From Chloroflexota bacterium (lineage in GTDB: Bacteria; Chloroflexota; Limnocylindria; P2-11E), in the NCBI GenBank assembly GCA_005889275.1, contig VBFI01000044.1, positions 22,509 to 86,508 on the forward strand: a stretch of DNA of 64,000 bases, read 5' to 3'. The position numbers and the translations under genes were made by a program. Below the pieces are notes generated by a model. That model had not been told where the DNA came from and ran no database searches. It was given only the letters and a program-made list of their open reading frames with translations. Of the stretch, positions 8,180 through 16,547 are shown in pieces. How positions within the stretch are numbered: position 1 is the stretch's first letter; the number at the start of each line of letters is the position of its first letter.

Positions 8180-9225
8180 GCGACTCCCTCGCGATCGGGC
8201 GCAAAGATCTGGCCGACGTCGTCCAGCATCGCTCCGGCGCGGCGGGCGACCTCGGGGAAGAGCGCCTGCGCTCCCACGATGTTCGACTCGGCGCCCGAGT
8301 GCGGGTTCACCACACCGTCGTCGACGCCGTCGGCCACGCGTCCGGCCACGCGGTCGTAGACCGGCTGCCCGGCCGGATTGCGGCCATCGAACCACGCGCG
8401 CGCGTGATCGCGCCATCGGGCGTAGGCCGCCTCGCCCGTGGCGATGTGCAGGCGGTCCATCACGTAGACGGCGGACGCCACGTCGTACGGCAGCACCCTG
8501 CGCTCGGGGAAGGCCTGCTCGATGTCCGGCGTAATCACGCTGCGCGCGCTGCGCCGCGCGATCTCGAGGAGATCCGGACGATCCAGCACGACCGCGGCCT
8601 CCGCGAGGACTCCCTCCTGCACGTGCCCCCAAAGGTGCGGACGCTCCTCATTGGGTGAGTTCAGCAGCACGTCGCCGCGGCGGCACTCGGCGATCTCCTC
8701 GCACCAGCGTTCGAGGGTCTCGCGCAGCACCGGGGTCAGCCCGGCGTGCATGAGGTCCAGCGCCGCGAGGACATGGATCGCGCGGACGTCCGCCGGAGCC
8801 TCGTGCGCCGTCGCCCAGGCGAAGCCACGAGCGAGCGGGACCGCGACCCGATCGTCGCGGAGCGCCAGGTGCGCCTTCGCGAGCGCGCGGACGGCGCGCG
8901 CCTGCCAGAACCCGCCGCCGGGGTAGGAGGTCGGGCCCTCGTCGTTGATCGCGCCATCCCAGTCGTGGAGGAAGTTGTGGAACCGCCCGTCCTCCCGCTG
9001 CATGTAGAGGACGAAGTCGAGAAGTCCGCTCCCCCACGCGCGCAGGCGAGCGTCTCCGGTCTCGTGCGCGAGATCGAGGAACAGGATCACCGCTCGCGAG
9101 GCGTCGTCCACGCAGGCGACACCCTCGAACCCGAGATCCGCCGCGACGAGCGCGCGGTCCTCGCCGTTCGCGTAGACCGAGAGCGCGAGTGCGCGCGGCC
9201 CCACCGCGGGGACCCGGCGCGTCAA
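8176..9225 (-). CDS. (alpha/alpha)6-barrel, AGE/six-hairpin glycosidase-like protein (putative sugar epimerase or hydrolase)
   Basis: 349 aa. The family assignment is tentative (GGGFWQARAVRAL...YVMDRLHIATGE). TTG start 9225, 13 nt after the GH130 stop, so it is last in the GT4-GH130 operon. Confidence 0.4.
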   Translation of the reverse strand: MTRRVPAVGPRALALSVYANGEDRALVAADLGFEGVACVDDASRAVILFLDLAHETGDARLRAWGSGLLDFVLYMQREDGRFHNFLHDWDGAINDEGPTSYPGGGFWQARAVRALAKAHLALRDDRVAVPLARGFAWATAHEAPADVRAIHVLAALDLMHAGLTPVLRETLERWCEEIAECRRGDVLLNSPNEERPHLWGHVQEGVLAEAAVVLDRPDLLEIARRSARSVITPDIEQAFPERRVLPYDVASAVYVMDRLHIATGEAAYARWRDHARAWFDGRNPAGQPVYDRVAGRVADGVDDGVVNPHSGAESNIVGAQALFPEVARRAGAMLDDVGQIFAPDREGVA

Positions 9226-9238
9226 ACGCGCGAGCTGT

Positions 9239-10453
9239 CTAAGGATTGTGCCACTCCTGAAGGCTCGCGAGGATCTCGTTCACCGTGAAGTCCGCGGCCG
9301 CGACGCACGAGTCCGCCGCGCCGTAGTACATGCGGATCCGCTCCTCGTCGAGGTGCACGACGCCGCACGAGAAGACCGTGTCGTTGAAGAGCCCGAGCCG
9401 CTCGTACGCGGTCCCCGGCGCCAGGATCGGCACGGGCGAGCGGGCGAGGACTCTTCGCGGGTCGTCCCCGTCGAGAAGGACCGCGCCCATCGCGTAGCGG
9501 TGGGTCCGGTTGACCCCGTGGTAGAGCTCGAGCCAGCCGTCCTTCGTGCGGAACGGCACCGCGGATGCGCCGGTCCGTAACTCGTCCCAGTGGTTCCAGC
9601 GCGGCAGGCAAACGGTCTCGTGGCCGCCCCACTGGAAGAGATCGTCGGAGAACGCGATCCAGATCCCGAAGATCCGGCTGAACGACTGCGGCATCGGCCG
9701 GGTGAGCGCGACGTACTTCCCCCCGATCCGTTCGGGGAAGATGACCACGTCCTTGTGGTCGGGAAGGAAGATGACGCCGCGCCGCTCGAACGTGCGGAAG
9801 TCCTCGGTGGTCGCGAGACTCGTGGTTATCCCCCACCGGGAGACCGACACGTAGGTGATCTGGAAGACCCCGTTCAGGAAGGTGCATCGCGGGTCCTCCA
9901 CGCCGTACTCCTCGACGTCGACGTTCGGCGCGACGGCGGGAGTCTCGTCCACGGTGAACTTCACGCCGTCGGTGCTCCGCGCGACGCGCAGGTGGCTCAT
10001 CTGCGCGAGGTAGTCGGTGTAGCCCTCGTTGATCACCCCGAGGACGCCCGTCCCGTTGCGGTAGCGGATCGAGCGTGGGTCGCGGAGGTCGAGCCCCGGC
10101 AGATCTTTCGGGATGTAGGCGACGACGACCCGCGGCTTGGTGGCGCTCGTGTCGAGGAAGCACATCCCGATCACGTCGTGCTTCGTGTACCCCGTGGGCA
10201 GCGGCCGCAGGACCGGATGCGGCCCGTCGAGGTCGAGCGTCATCGCGCCAGGTGGCGGATCGATGTCGCTCCGGGGGCGCTCGGCGACGCGGAGAAGGAG
10301 GATCGTCTCGCCGTCGAGCTGCGCGGTGGCCGCGTTGAAGGCCGAGACGACCTCGAGCCCCGGCATCGACGGCTTCACGTCGCGGGCGGTGATGAGCGGA
10401 TTCTGTTCGAGTCGGCGGCCGATTCCCGCCGTGCGATCAATGCGGACGGTCAT
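9239..10453 (-). CDS. glycoside hydrolase family 130 protein (beta-mannoside phosphorylase/hydrolase fold)
   Basis: NPLITARDVKP...VFNAATAQLDGETILLLRVAE...DPRCTF...VIFPERIGGKYVALTRP...YHGVN...YAMGAVLLD...MYYGAAD matches GH130. ATG 10453 overlaps the GT4 stop (ATGA). The 5' part of the tracked 680-aa ORF is junk. Confidence 0.8.
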   Translation of the reverse strand: MTVRIDRTAGIGRRLEQNPLITARDVKPSMPGLEVVSAFNAATAQLDGETILLLRVAERPRSDIDPPPGAMTLDLDGPHPVLRPLPTGYTKHDVIGMCFLDTSATKPRVVVAYIPKDLPGLDLRDPRSIRYRNGTGVLGVINEGYTDYLAQMSHLRVARSTDGVKFTVDETPAVAPNVDVEEYGVEDPRCTFLNGVFQITYVSVSRWGITTSLATTEDFRTFERRGVIFLPDHKDVVIFPERIGGKYVALTRPMPQSFSRIFGIWIAFSDDLFQWGGHETVCLPRWNHWDELRTGASAVPFRTKDGWLELYHGVNRTHRYAMGAVLLDGDDPRRVLARSPVPILAPGTAYERLGLFNDTVFSCGVVHLDEERIRMYYGAADSCVAAADFTVNEILASLQEWHNP

Positions 10454-11658
10454 GCGTGCGCGAGTGGAACCTCGGTGGATTCGGCCTCTTCGGGCTCGAG
10501 CCTGGCGACCTCGGGCACCGCGAGAAGCTCGCGCGTGAGCTCGAGCACGCGGCGTCCGACGTTCGGCCAGGCCATCTCTTTCCCGTACTCGTAGGCCCGG
10601 CTCTCGAGCTCCCGCTTGAACTGCGAATCGTCGAGGATGGCGAGCACGGCGCGCGCGAGACCCACGGGATCGCGCGGCTCGACGAGGAGCCCGCGGCCGT
10701 CGGCGAGCGCTTCCGCCGCGTGGAGGTAGCCGGTCGAGACGATGGCTTTTCCGGCGCCGAGGGCGTACGCGAGGGTGCCGCTGGTGATCTGGTTCAGGTC
10801 GAGATACGGCGTCACGTAGACGTCGGTCGCGAGCAGGTAATCGACGATCTCGCGCTGCGTGAGGTACTGGTTCACGAAACGAACGTGGTCGCGCAGGTTG
10901 AGGCGATCGATCTCGGCGACGAGCTCGTTGCGGTATCGCTCGCCCTCCTTCTTCTGGAGCTCGGGATGGGTCTGCCCGACGATGAGGTACAGCACGTTCG
11001 GATCGCGCGCGACGATGCTCGGCATGGCGTGGATCATGTATTCGAGACCCTTGCGCGGATCGACGAGCCCGAATGTCGAGACGATCGTCCGCTTCTCGAC
11101 GCCGAGCTGCCGCTTGAGCCGATGCCGGCCGTGGGGGACGATCGCCGGCATCCCGTGCGGGATCACGACTGGTGGCCTCTCGATGCCATAGACCTCGCGA
11201 AGGAGGCGCGCGGCCGTCTCGGCCATGACCACGACGACCGTGCTGTGCGCGGCGACCTGACGCATCGTCTCGCGCATCCACGGGTCCGGCCGCGGCAGCA
11301 CCGTGTGGAGGGTCGTCATGACCGGCTTGGAGATCTCTGAGAGGAGCGGAACCGCGTGGTCCTCATAGGTCCCGTCGCGATGGACGCCATAAAGTCCGAA
11401 CTCGTGCTGGACGTTCACCACGTCGGCGGAGGAAGCCTGGATCGCCCGTCCGACCGCTCGGTAACTCGCCAGGTCGCCTTGGCGGATCCGCCACTTCACT
11501 TCGGGCCCGTAGGCGCGGGCGGCGTTGGGCTCGTCGATGGCCGCCTGCACCACGCGGACGTTGGGATCGGCGGCCTTTACGGCCGCGATCAAATCGGCGG
11601 TGAAGGTCGCGATCCCGCAGCGGCGTGGCACTGCGGAGGCGACAAAAGCGATACGCAT
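10450..11658 (-). CDS. GT4-family glycosyltransferase
   Basis: MRIAFVASAVPRRCGIATFTADL...EFGLYG...IVSTFGLVDPRKGLEYMIHAM...GQTHPEL...TPYLDLNQITSGTLAYALGAGKAIVST is a GT-B fold sequence with the EX7E region. ATG at 11658. Confidence 0.8.
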   Translation of the reverse strand: MRIAFVASAVPRRCGIATFTADLIAAVKAADPNVRVVQAAIDEPNAARAYGPEVKWRIRQGDLASYRAVGRAIQASSADVVNVQHEFGLYGVHRDGTYEDHAVPLLSEISKPVMTTLHTVLPRPDPWMRETMRQVAAHSTVVVVMAETAARLLREVYGIERPPVVIPHGMPAIVPHGRHRLKRQLGVEKRTIVSTFGLVDPRKGLEYMIHAMPSIVARDPNVLYLIVGQTHPELQKKEGERYRNELVAEIDRLNLRDHVRFVNQYLTQREIVDYLLATDVYVTPYLDLNQITSGTLAYALGAGKAIVSTGYLHAAEALADGRGLLVEPRDPVGLARAVLAILDDSQFKRELESRAYEYGKEMAWPNVGRRVLELTRELLAVPEVARLEPEEAESTEVPLAHA

Positions 11659-11749
11659 TAGACCATCTTGCTCTGAGAGCGCTTGTTTGGTCGGGCGTGC
11701 GGTACCGGGGAACAGTAACCCGAGCTGGGACGCCACGCTTTCGGCGCAG

Positions 11750-11775
11750 CAGGATGTATGCCCCTAACCATCCTG
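11750..11775 (-). terminator. hairpin (CAGGATG-N12-CATCCTG) at the 3' end of the PDO-rhodanese gene
   Basis: A 7-bp perfect inverted repeat spans the stop codon. No U-tract. Confidence 0.2.
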
Positions 11776-13116
11776 AGCCACCGGTAGGCCCGCGCCACGC
11801 CAGGCAGCGAAGCCGCCACGCAGGTTCGCGACCTCCCGCCCGCTCGCTTCGAGGATGCTCGCGGCGAGGCTCGAACGGACGCCGCCGGCGCAGTAGGTCA
11901 CGATCGGTCGCCCAGGAGCCAGCTCGCTGACGCGGTCGCGCACGAGCTCGTACGGGATGTGGATCGCTCCAGGCGCGTGCCCCGCTCGCCACTCCGATGC
12001 TTCGCGCACGTCGACGAGGAGCGCACCGCCGCTCGCGCGCGCGGCCGCCGTCCGTGGATCGAGCTGCTCGATGCGGAGCGCCACTCCGTCTTCAGGATCG
12101 GGCGAGGCGTAGCCGCGTACATCGTCGTAGCCGATGAGCGCGAGCTGCGCGCGCAGGCGCTCGGCCTGCTCGGCGTCGACGGTGAGGATCACGAGCGGCG
12201 TCGCGAACGCCACGGTCGCGCCAACCCGGACGGCGAACGAGTCGTTGGCCACGACGTTGAGCGCGCCACGCCGGTGCCCGGCGCCGAAGAGATGCGGTGG
12301 CCGTGGATCCACCATCACCGTCCCGGGCTGGCGCGGGTCGGGCAGGAACGGCAGCGACCGGCGATCCGCGAGCCCCGCGCCGCGCGCGTTCATCGCGCGG
12401 ACGTGCGGGTAGTACGCGGGCGCGACCGGCAGCCCCGCGGCGATGGCCGCGCGGAACTCGCGATAGTCGCGCCCCGCAGCGCGGGCGACGTCGTTGTGGC
12501 GGCGCTCGAAGCCGAGCGTCGTCCAGCGTGAGCCCGCGACCTCCGCGGCGCAGGCGCTCCCCCCACCATGCGTCGGGAAGACCGCGACGTAATCGGCGAG
12601 CGGAAGCACCTTGTCGCGGAGCGTGTCGTAGGCCGAGCGGGCGAGCTGATCCTCGAGCTCGGGGCCGAGGAGATCGACGCGCGCGATCTGCCCGACGAGG
12701 AGAGCCCCACCGGAGAAGAGGTACTGGGGATCGTCCGCCCGCCGCCGGTCGGTCACGAGGTAGGCGACGTGCTCCGGCGTGTGCCCCGGCGTCGCCAGGC
12801 ACCGCACCGCGAGCTCGCCAACCACGACGACATCGCCGTCGCCTTGGGCGGCGTGCGGGTACTCCAGAACCGCGGCCGTGCCGGCATGGACGGTGATCGG
12901 CCGAAGCTCGGCGAGCGCCCGTGAGCCGGAGACGTAGTCGTTGTGGACATGCGTCTCGAACGAATCGGTGACGAGGACGCCGAGGCGCGATGCCGCCGCG
13001 AGGTACGCATCGATCTGGCGGTCGGGGTCGACGAGGAAGGCGACCCCGGCGTCCGGATCGGCGACCAGGTAGCTCGCGTGTCCGAGCCCCGCGTCGAAGA
13101 ACTGCTCGATCAGCAA
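11764..13116 (-). CDS. MBL-fold persulfide dioxygenase fused to rhodanese domains (CstB/Blh-like)
   Basis: The N-terminal MBL domain has HVHNDYVSG...TPGHTPEH. The C-terminal rhodanese has catalytic YCAGGVRS. TTG start 13116. Confidence 0.8.
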   Translation of the reverse strand: MLIEQFFDAGLGHASYLVADPDAGVAFLVDPDRQIDAYLAAASRLGVLVTDSFETHVHNDYVSGSRALAELRPITVHAGTAAVLEYPHAAQGDGDVVVVGELAVRCLATPGHTPEHVAYLVTDRRRADDPQYLFSGGALLVGQIARVDLLGPELEDQLARSAYDTLRDKVLPLADYVAVFPTHGGGSACAAEVAGSRWTTLGFERRHNDVARAAGRDYREFRAAIAAGLPVAPAYYPHVRAMNARGAGLADRRSLPFLPDPRQPGTVMVDPRPPHLFGAGHRRGALNVVANDSFAVRVGATVAFATPLVILTVDAEQAERLRAQLALIGYDDVRGYASPDPEDGVALRIEQLDPRTAAARASGGALLVDVREASEWRAGHAPGAIHIPYELVRDRVSELAPGRPIVTYCAGGVRSSLAASILEASGREVANLRGGFAAWRGAGLPVAQDG

Positions 13117-13147
13117 GGCGCGCGCACTCTAGCGCGCACCGGTCGTA

Positions 13148-13321
13148 TCAGCGTCGCGGCTGCTGTCGGACCGCCTTGGCCTCCTGCTCAAGCACCTCTT
13201 CGCCCGGGCCCATGCCGGTCTCGTGGGGATCGAGGACCGTGGGGATGCGTTCCTCGACGCTTTTGCTCTTCGCTTCGGCCTCTTCGGGTGAGTCTTCGGG
13301 GCGCGGCTTCTCTTTGTCCAT
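13148..13321 (-). CDS. small acidic hypothetical protein (57 aa), not in the ORF track
   Basis: ATG 13321, stop 13150..13148. Translation MDKEKPRPEDSPEEAEAKSKSVEERIPTVLDPHETGMGPGEEVLEQEAKAVRQQPRR. GC-rich third positions. No clear Shine-Dalgarno. It lies between the VIT gene and the persulfide dioxygenase gene. Confidence 0.2.
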   Translation of the reverse strand: MDKEKPRPEDSPEEAEAKSKSVEERIPTVLDPHETGMGPGEEVLEQEAKAVRQQPRR

Positions 13322-13349
13322 GTGTCCGGCGTCCGCAAGGGCCGTGCCG

Positions 13350-14123
13350 TTAGCCCGCCCCCGCGGCGAAACCGAGCGCGTGCGGGAGCAGTGTGCCGAA
13401 GATCCAGCCGCCGACCGAGGCCGCCAGTACGAGGCCGACGATCTCGAGACCCGAGACGACGGGGTTCCGGCCGGTGAGCCGTGACTTCGCGAAGCCGAGG
13501 GCGAACATCGAGACGGCCGCGAGGGCGATCGCGACGAAGAGCGCGACGTGAGGCTCGAAGACGAAGAAGGGCGCGAGGGGGATGAGCGACGCGATCGCGA
13601 AGGTCGCCGCGAGAACGAGCGCCCCTTGGAGCGCGCTGTGCCCTTCCTCGACCGTGAGGCCGAGCTCCTTTTCCACCATCGTCTTGAGGAGGACGCCCGG
13701 CGCGCCGGCGAGCTCCGCGGCGACGCGGCGTGCCGCCGGTTCGGAGAGCCCCTCCTGCTCGAGCATGTACGCGACCTCGGCCTCCGACTCGCCTGGCCGC
13801 TCGGCGACCTCCTGTCGCTCCTTGGCGATCTGGGCGAGGAAGATCTCGCGCTGGCTCTTCGAGCTCATGTACTCGCCGGCGGCCATCGAGAGGATCTCGG
13901 CGAGCGCGGCGGCGATGCCGGCGACGAGGACGGCGTAGCGCTGATTCGTCGCGGTCGCGACGGTGATGACCACCACGAGGATGCTCGTCACGCCGTCCTG
14001 CGCCCCGAAGATCGCTTCGCGCACCTCGCTCAGGAGATCGGCCTCGCGTCGCTCCTCGCCGAGATGCGCGGCGAGCCACTCCTTCGTCAGGTAGGGTGGC
14101 GAGTCGGTCGCGGGCGCGGCCAC
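13350..14123 (-). CDS. VIT1/CCC1-family (vacuolar iron transporter-like) membrane protein
   Basis: AIFGAQDGVTSILVVVITVATAT...SMAAGEYMSSKSQRE...LLKTMVEKELGL matches VIT. GTG 14123 lies 1 nt after the rhodanese stop. Confidence 0.75.
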   Translation of the reverse strand: MAAPATDSPPYLTKEWLAAHLGEERREADLLSEVREAIFGAQDGVTSILVVVITVATATNQRYAVLVAGIAAALAEILSMAAGEYMSSKSQREIFLAQIAKERQEVAERPGESEAEVAYMLEQEGLSEPAARRVAAELAGAPGVLLKTMVEKELGLTVEEGHSALQGALVLAATFAIASLIPLAPFFVFEPHVALFVAIALAAVSMFALGFAKSRLTGRNPVVSGLEIVGLVLAASVGGWIFGTLLPHALGFAAGAG

Positions 14124-14124
14124 C

Positions 14125-14442
14125 CTAGATGACGCGGCCCGGACCGCCGGTCTGACCGACCAGCGGAAGGCCCGCGCGGCTCCAGGCGGTGACCCCGCCG
14201 TCCAGGTTCTCGGCCGCGAATCCGGCCGCGCGGAGGCCGCGGGCCGCCCGGTCGCTGCGGCTCCCGCTCCGGCAGACGGCGACCACCGTGCGGTCGCGCG
14301 GGACCTCGCCCATGCGCGCCGCCAGCTCGCCGAGCGGGATGTGCTGGGCGCCGTCGATGTGCCCGGCGTCCCATTCATCTTGCTCGCGGACGTCCAGCAG
14401 ATGCAGCTCGGAATGCCGCTTGCTGACGTCGGTCGGAAGCAT
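14125..14442 (-). CDS. single-domain rhodanese (sulfurtransferase)
   Basis: 105 aa. LLDVREQDEWDAGHIDGAQHIP...AVCRSGSRS has the active-site Cys. ATG 14442. Confidence 0.85.
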   Translation of the reverse strand: MLPTDVSKRHSELHLLDVREQDEWDAGHIDGAQHIPLGELAARMGEVPRDRTVVAVCRSGSRSDRAARGLRAAGFAAENLDGGVTAWSRAGLPLVGQTGGPGRVI

Positions 14443-14458
14443 CCTTCAATTCTGGCGC

Positions 14459-14839
14459 ATGGAGGCGACCGTGGACCCGAAGGCGATGCGCGAACGGCTC
14501 CTGCGGGAGCGTGCCGACCTGGAGGGGACGGTCACCCGGATCCGCGAGCGCCTCGCCGTGCCGCAGCGCGACAGCGGCGGGGACATCGCCCTCGCCGACC
14601 AGCATCCCGCTGACGCGGCGAGCGAGACCGAAGCGCGCGAGCTCGACCTCGCGCGGCTCACCATGTTCGAGGGGAAGATCGAGCTTATCGACGACGCCCT
14701 TGGACGTCTCGACCGCGGCGAGTACGGGCGATGCGTCATCTGCGGTACGGCCATTCCGGACGAGCGCCTCGAGCTCGTACCGGAGACGCCCTACTGCGTC
14801 GAAGACGCGGAGCGAGAACAGCAAAGCTCGACGCGCTAG
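14459..14839 (+). CDS. TraR/DksA-family C4-type zinc-finger protein
   Basis: ...RLDRGEYGRCVICGTAIPDERLELVPETPYCVEDA has the CxxC...CxxC finger and a coiled-coil N-terminus. ATG 14459 (alternative ATG 14489). Confidence 0.7.
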   Translation: MEATVDPKAMRERLLRERADLEGTVTRIRERLAVPQRDSGGDIALADQHPADAASETEARELDLARLTMFEGKIELIDDALGRLDRGEYGRCVICGTAIPDERLELVPETPYCVEDAEREQQSSTR

Positions 14840-14859
14840 GCCGAGGGCACAATGACCGC

Positions 14860-15747
14860 GTGAGGCCTCCGTACCCCGTCGACATCGTGCCGCTCCTGCC
14901 TGACTTTCTCGGGCGACGGCGAGCGAAGCTGACGTTCGCGCTTCGCAGGGCCGAAGAGCTCGGCCTCGACCGGCCGTCGTTCACCTGGGCGATCAACCTT
15001 GGCTACCGCGGCGAACGTGGCGGTGGCCCGGAGCCCGGCGACCTCATGAGCGCGTACGGCACGATCCCCGGGCGTTGGCTGCCGATGGCCGCCGCGGCGC
15101 GGGGCGCCGGCCTGGCCGAGGAGCGCGGCGGGCGCTGGTACCTCACCGGAAAAGGACGCGAGCTCGCGCGCGAGATGCGCGACGCGGCGCGCGCCCATTA
15201 CGCGACGCTTGCGCCGATCCCGAAAGACGAGCTGGCGTTGCTCGCGCGACTCCTCGACCGCGCGTTCGAGTCCGGTGTGAAGGCATCCGAGCCTCGCGAG
15301 CGGATGCACACACCGTTCGCGATCGCGTACCGCGCCGGCGACGACCCACCGGACGGATCGTTCGCCCAGCTCGACGCGGCCATCTACGGGCTGTGGCAGG
15401 TGCGCGACGACTGCCACTTCGCCGCGTGGCGCGCCTCGCGACTGGGCGGACCGGAGCTCGAGGTCCTCACGCGCGTGTGGCGCCGCGAGGCCGAGGACCC
15501 CACGGCGCTCGCCGAGCTTCTGCCGCACCAGCGCGCCGAGGATGTCGACGCATCGCTCGCGCGCCTGCGCGAGCGCGGGCTCATCGCCCCGGGCGTGCTC
15601 CGCGCGACCGACGAGGGCGCGGAAACCCGGCAGCGGATCGAGGACGAGACCGACCGGCTTTTCTTCACCCCGTGGCCCGACGAGGTCGGTGCGAAGGGTG
15701 CCTGGATCGCCGAAAGGCTCGGCGCCGTGAACGCGGCTCTGAGCTAG
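14860..15747 (+). CDS. hypothetical protein (possible winged-helix-like)
   Basis: GTG 14860 lies 20 nt after the DksA-like stop, with GAGGG upstream. 295 aa. No recognised family. The tracked ORF start at 14731 overlaps the DksA gene. Confidence 0.45.
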   Translation: MRPPYPVDIVPLLPDFLGRRRAKLTFALRRAEELGLDRPSFTWAINLGYRGERGGGPEPGDLMSAYGTIPGRWLPMAAAARGAGLAEERGGRWYLTGKGRELAREMRDAARAHYATLAPIPKDELALLARLLDRAFESGVKASEPRERMHTPFAIAYRAGDDPPDGSFAQLDAAIYGLWQVRDDCHFAAWRASRLGGPELEVLTRVWRREAEDPTALAELLPHQRAEDVDASLARLRERGLIAPGVLRATDEGAETRQRIEDETDRLFFTPWPDEVGAKGAWIAERLGAVNAALS

Positions 15748-15812
15748 CTGGGCGGTCGAGCTAGCGGGCCCGTACCAATACTGGCACGTCTTTTGCCACA
15801 ACTTCGTTACAC

Positions 15813-16547
15813 ATGCTTGATCAGGAGGCCGCGCCCAGCACGCGGCCGGTCGCCACGGGTGGCCGGATCCTGGTGGTCGACGACGACCGGGACGTCGCGA
15901 CCCTGGTCGGTACGGTGCTGACCGAGGCCGGTCACGAGGTCCACGCGATCACCGATGCGCGCCAAGCGATGGCCGCGTTCGCCGAGCTGCGCCCCGACCT
16001 CGTCACCCTCGATGTGCTCATGCCGAGCGTCGACGGGATCAGTCTCTGCCTGGAGCTCCGTCGCAATTCGGACGTACCAGTGCTGTTCCTCTCGGCGAAG
16101 GACGACCCGCCCGATCGCGTGGTTGGCCTGCGGATCGGCGCCGACGACTATCTCGGCAAGCCGTTCGACAACGACGAGCTCGCCGCGCGCGTCGAGGCGC
16201 TCCTCCGCCGCGATCGCACGCGCACCGACCACGGCAAGGAGCGGCAGCTCCGCTTCGGCCGATTCATCGTCGACCTCGCGAGCCTGCAGGCGGTGGCCGG
16301 GGACCGGCAGCTTCCCCTCACGCCGACGGAGTTCAAGCTCCTGCGCACGCTCGCGGGCGAGCCCGGCCGCGTGTTCACCCGCGACGATCTTCTCGTCGGC
16401 GTGTGGAGCTACGAGCCGGGGAGCGACACGCGTCTGGTCGACGTCCACGTCGGACGGCTGCGCAAGAAGCTCGAGCAGGCCGAGATCAGCGAGGTGTCGA
16501 TCGAGACGGCGCGCGGTTTCGGCTATCGGCTGATCGCCCGCTCGTAA
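15813..16547 (+). CDS. OmpR-family response regulator (receiver plus winged-helix), orphan
   Basis: ILVVDDDRDV...LDVLMPSVDG...LSAKDD receiver and a C-terminal Trans_reg_C (GFGYRL). No histidine kinase nearby. Confidence 0.9.
   Translation: MLDQEAAPSTRPVATGGRILVVDDDRDVATLVGTVLTEAGHEVHAITDARQAMAAFAELRPDLVTLDVLMPSVDGISLCLELRRNSDVPVLFLSAKDDPPDRVVGLRIGADDYLGKPFDNDELAARVEALLRRDRTRTDHGKERQLRFGRFIVDLASLQAVAGDRQLPLTPTEFKLLRTLAGEPGRVFTRDDLLVGVWSYEPGSDTRLVDVHVGRLRKKLEQAEISEVSIETARGFGYRLIARS

Noticed and set aside
9222-10163. 313-aa minus-strand ORF and 334-aa plus-strand ORF overlapping the GH130 gene
   Set aside because: These are alternative frames of the GH130 gene. Only one frame carries GH130 motifs.
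14731-14859. Longer 338-aa model for the hypothetical gene starting at 14731
   Set aside because: It overlaps the DksA-like gene in another frame and has Arg-rich junk composition. GTG 14860 with GAGGG upstream gives a clean start.
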